The notes under the pieces are model-generated. The model saw only the letters and a list, made by a program, of their open reading frames with translations. It was not told the origin of the DNA and did no database searches. A DNA stretch of 64,000 bases, taken from the NCBI RefSeq assembly GCF_963921235.1, contig NC_086098.1, forward strand, positions 237,398,001 through 237,462,000. Reading direction: 5' to 3'. Origin of the DNA: Mobula hypostoma. Taxonomy: Eukaryota. Shown here piece after piece: positions 63,903 to 64,000 of the stretch. Position 1 is the stretch's first letter. Each line of letters opens with the position of its first letter. The translations under genes and the position numbers were made by a program.

Positions 63903-64000
63903 GTAGCGATTCCCGGGAGCCCTCGGTTCTGCCACTCCCTCCCTCTCTGGAGCAGACCGGCACGGGTTCGGCCACTCTCTCCTGTCTGGTGAGTGGCTTT
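63903..64000 (+). CDS. Start of the Ig light-chain C1 exon
   Basis: Polypyrimidine acceptor ...CTCCTCTCATACACAG. The phase matches the VJ exon and the reading is PSVLPLPPS...ATLSCLVSGF. Confidence 0.88.

Larger units (their letters stand above)
60449..64000 (+). pseudogene. Germline-joined Ig light chain, sigma-cart/type I (NS5)-like, probably inactivated; the C exon is truncated by the window end
   Basis: Leader MSPALHLLWVLLIHLT (60449-60497) ends at G|CTGAGA instead of GT. VJ exon 60592-60945: VLNQPP...QNGNVGSYYM...SRDSSSNSHILTI...DSAVYYCAGWDNGVIFGQGTILDIK, donor GTAAGT, with the conserved Trp41 replaced by Leu. C exon from 63903: SDSREPSVLPLPPS...SATLSCLVSGF. Confidence 0.8.

Overview
Repeat-rich vertebrate genomic DNA, most likely from a cartilaginous fish and probably a ray or skate. 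This is inferred from CR1 LINEs with (TTCTATG)n tails, elasmobranch-type Penelope and V-SINE repeats, and a sigma-cart-type Ig light chain. About two thirds of the window is mobile DNA: a deleted Gmr1-like Gypsy element, a solo LTR, many CR1 copies (one nested), R4/Dong, Rex/Babar, Penelope and SINE pieces. The unique part is an immune-receptor locus that the ORF track shows only in pieces. (1) An apparently intact, six-exon, non-rearranging VJ-C1-TM-ITIM receptor gene on + (17720-23577, 297 aa by manual splicing; PRARP/VJC1-like architecture). (2) A decayed germline-joined VJ + C1 gene on - (about 41040-41745), with further weak V-like and ITIM-like remnants downstream of it. (3) A germline-joined Ig light chain of the sigma-cart/type I class on + (leader 60449, VJ 60592-60945, C exon starting 63903 and running off the window) carrying probable inactivating lesions. 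The window also has an old inverted segmental duplication (about 5.9-7.5 kb versus 52.1-54.4 kb) and several minimal hammerhead-ribozyme motifs in Penelope-derived repeats. All alignments and translations were done by eye and no database search was run.
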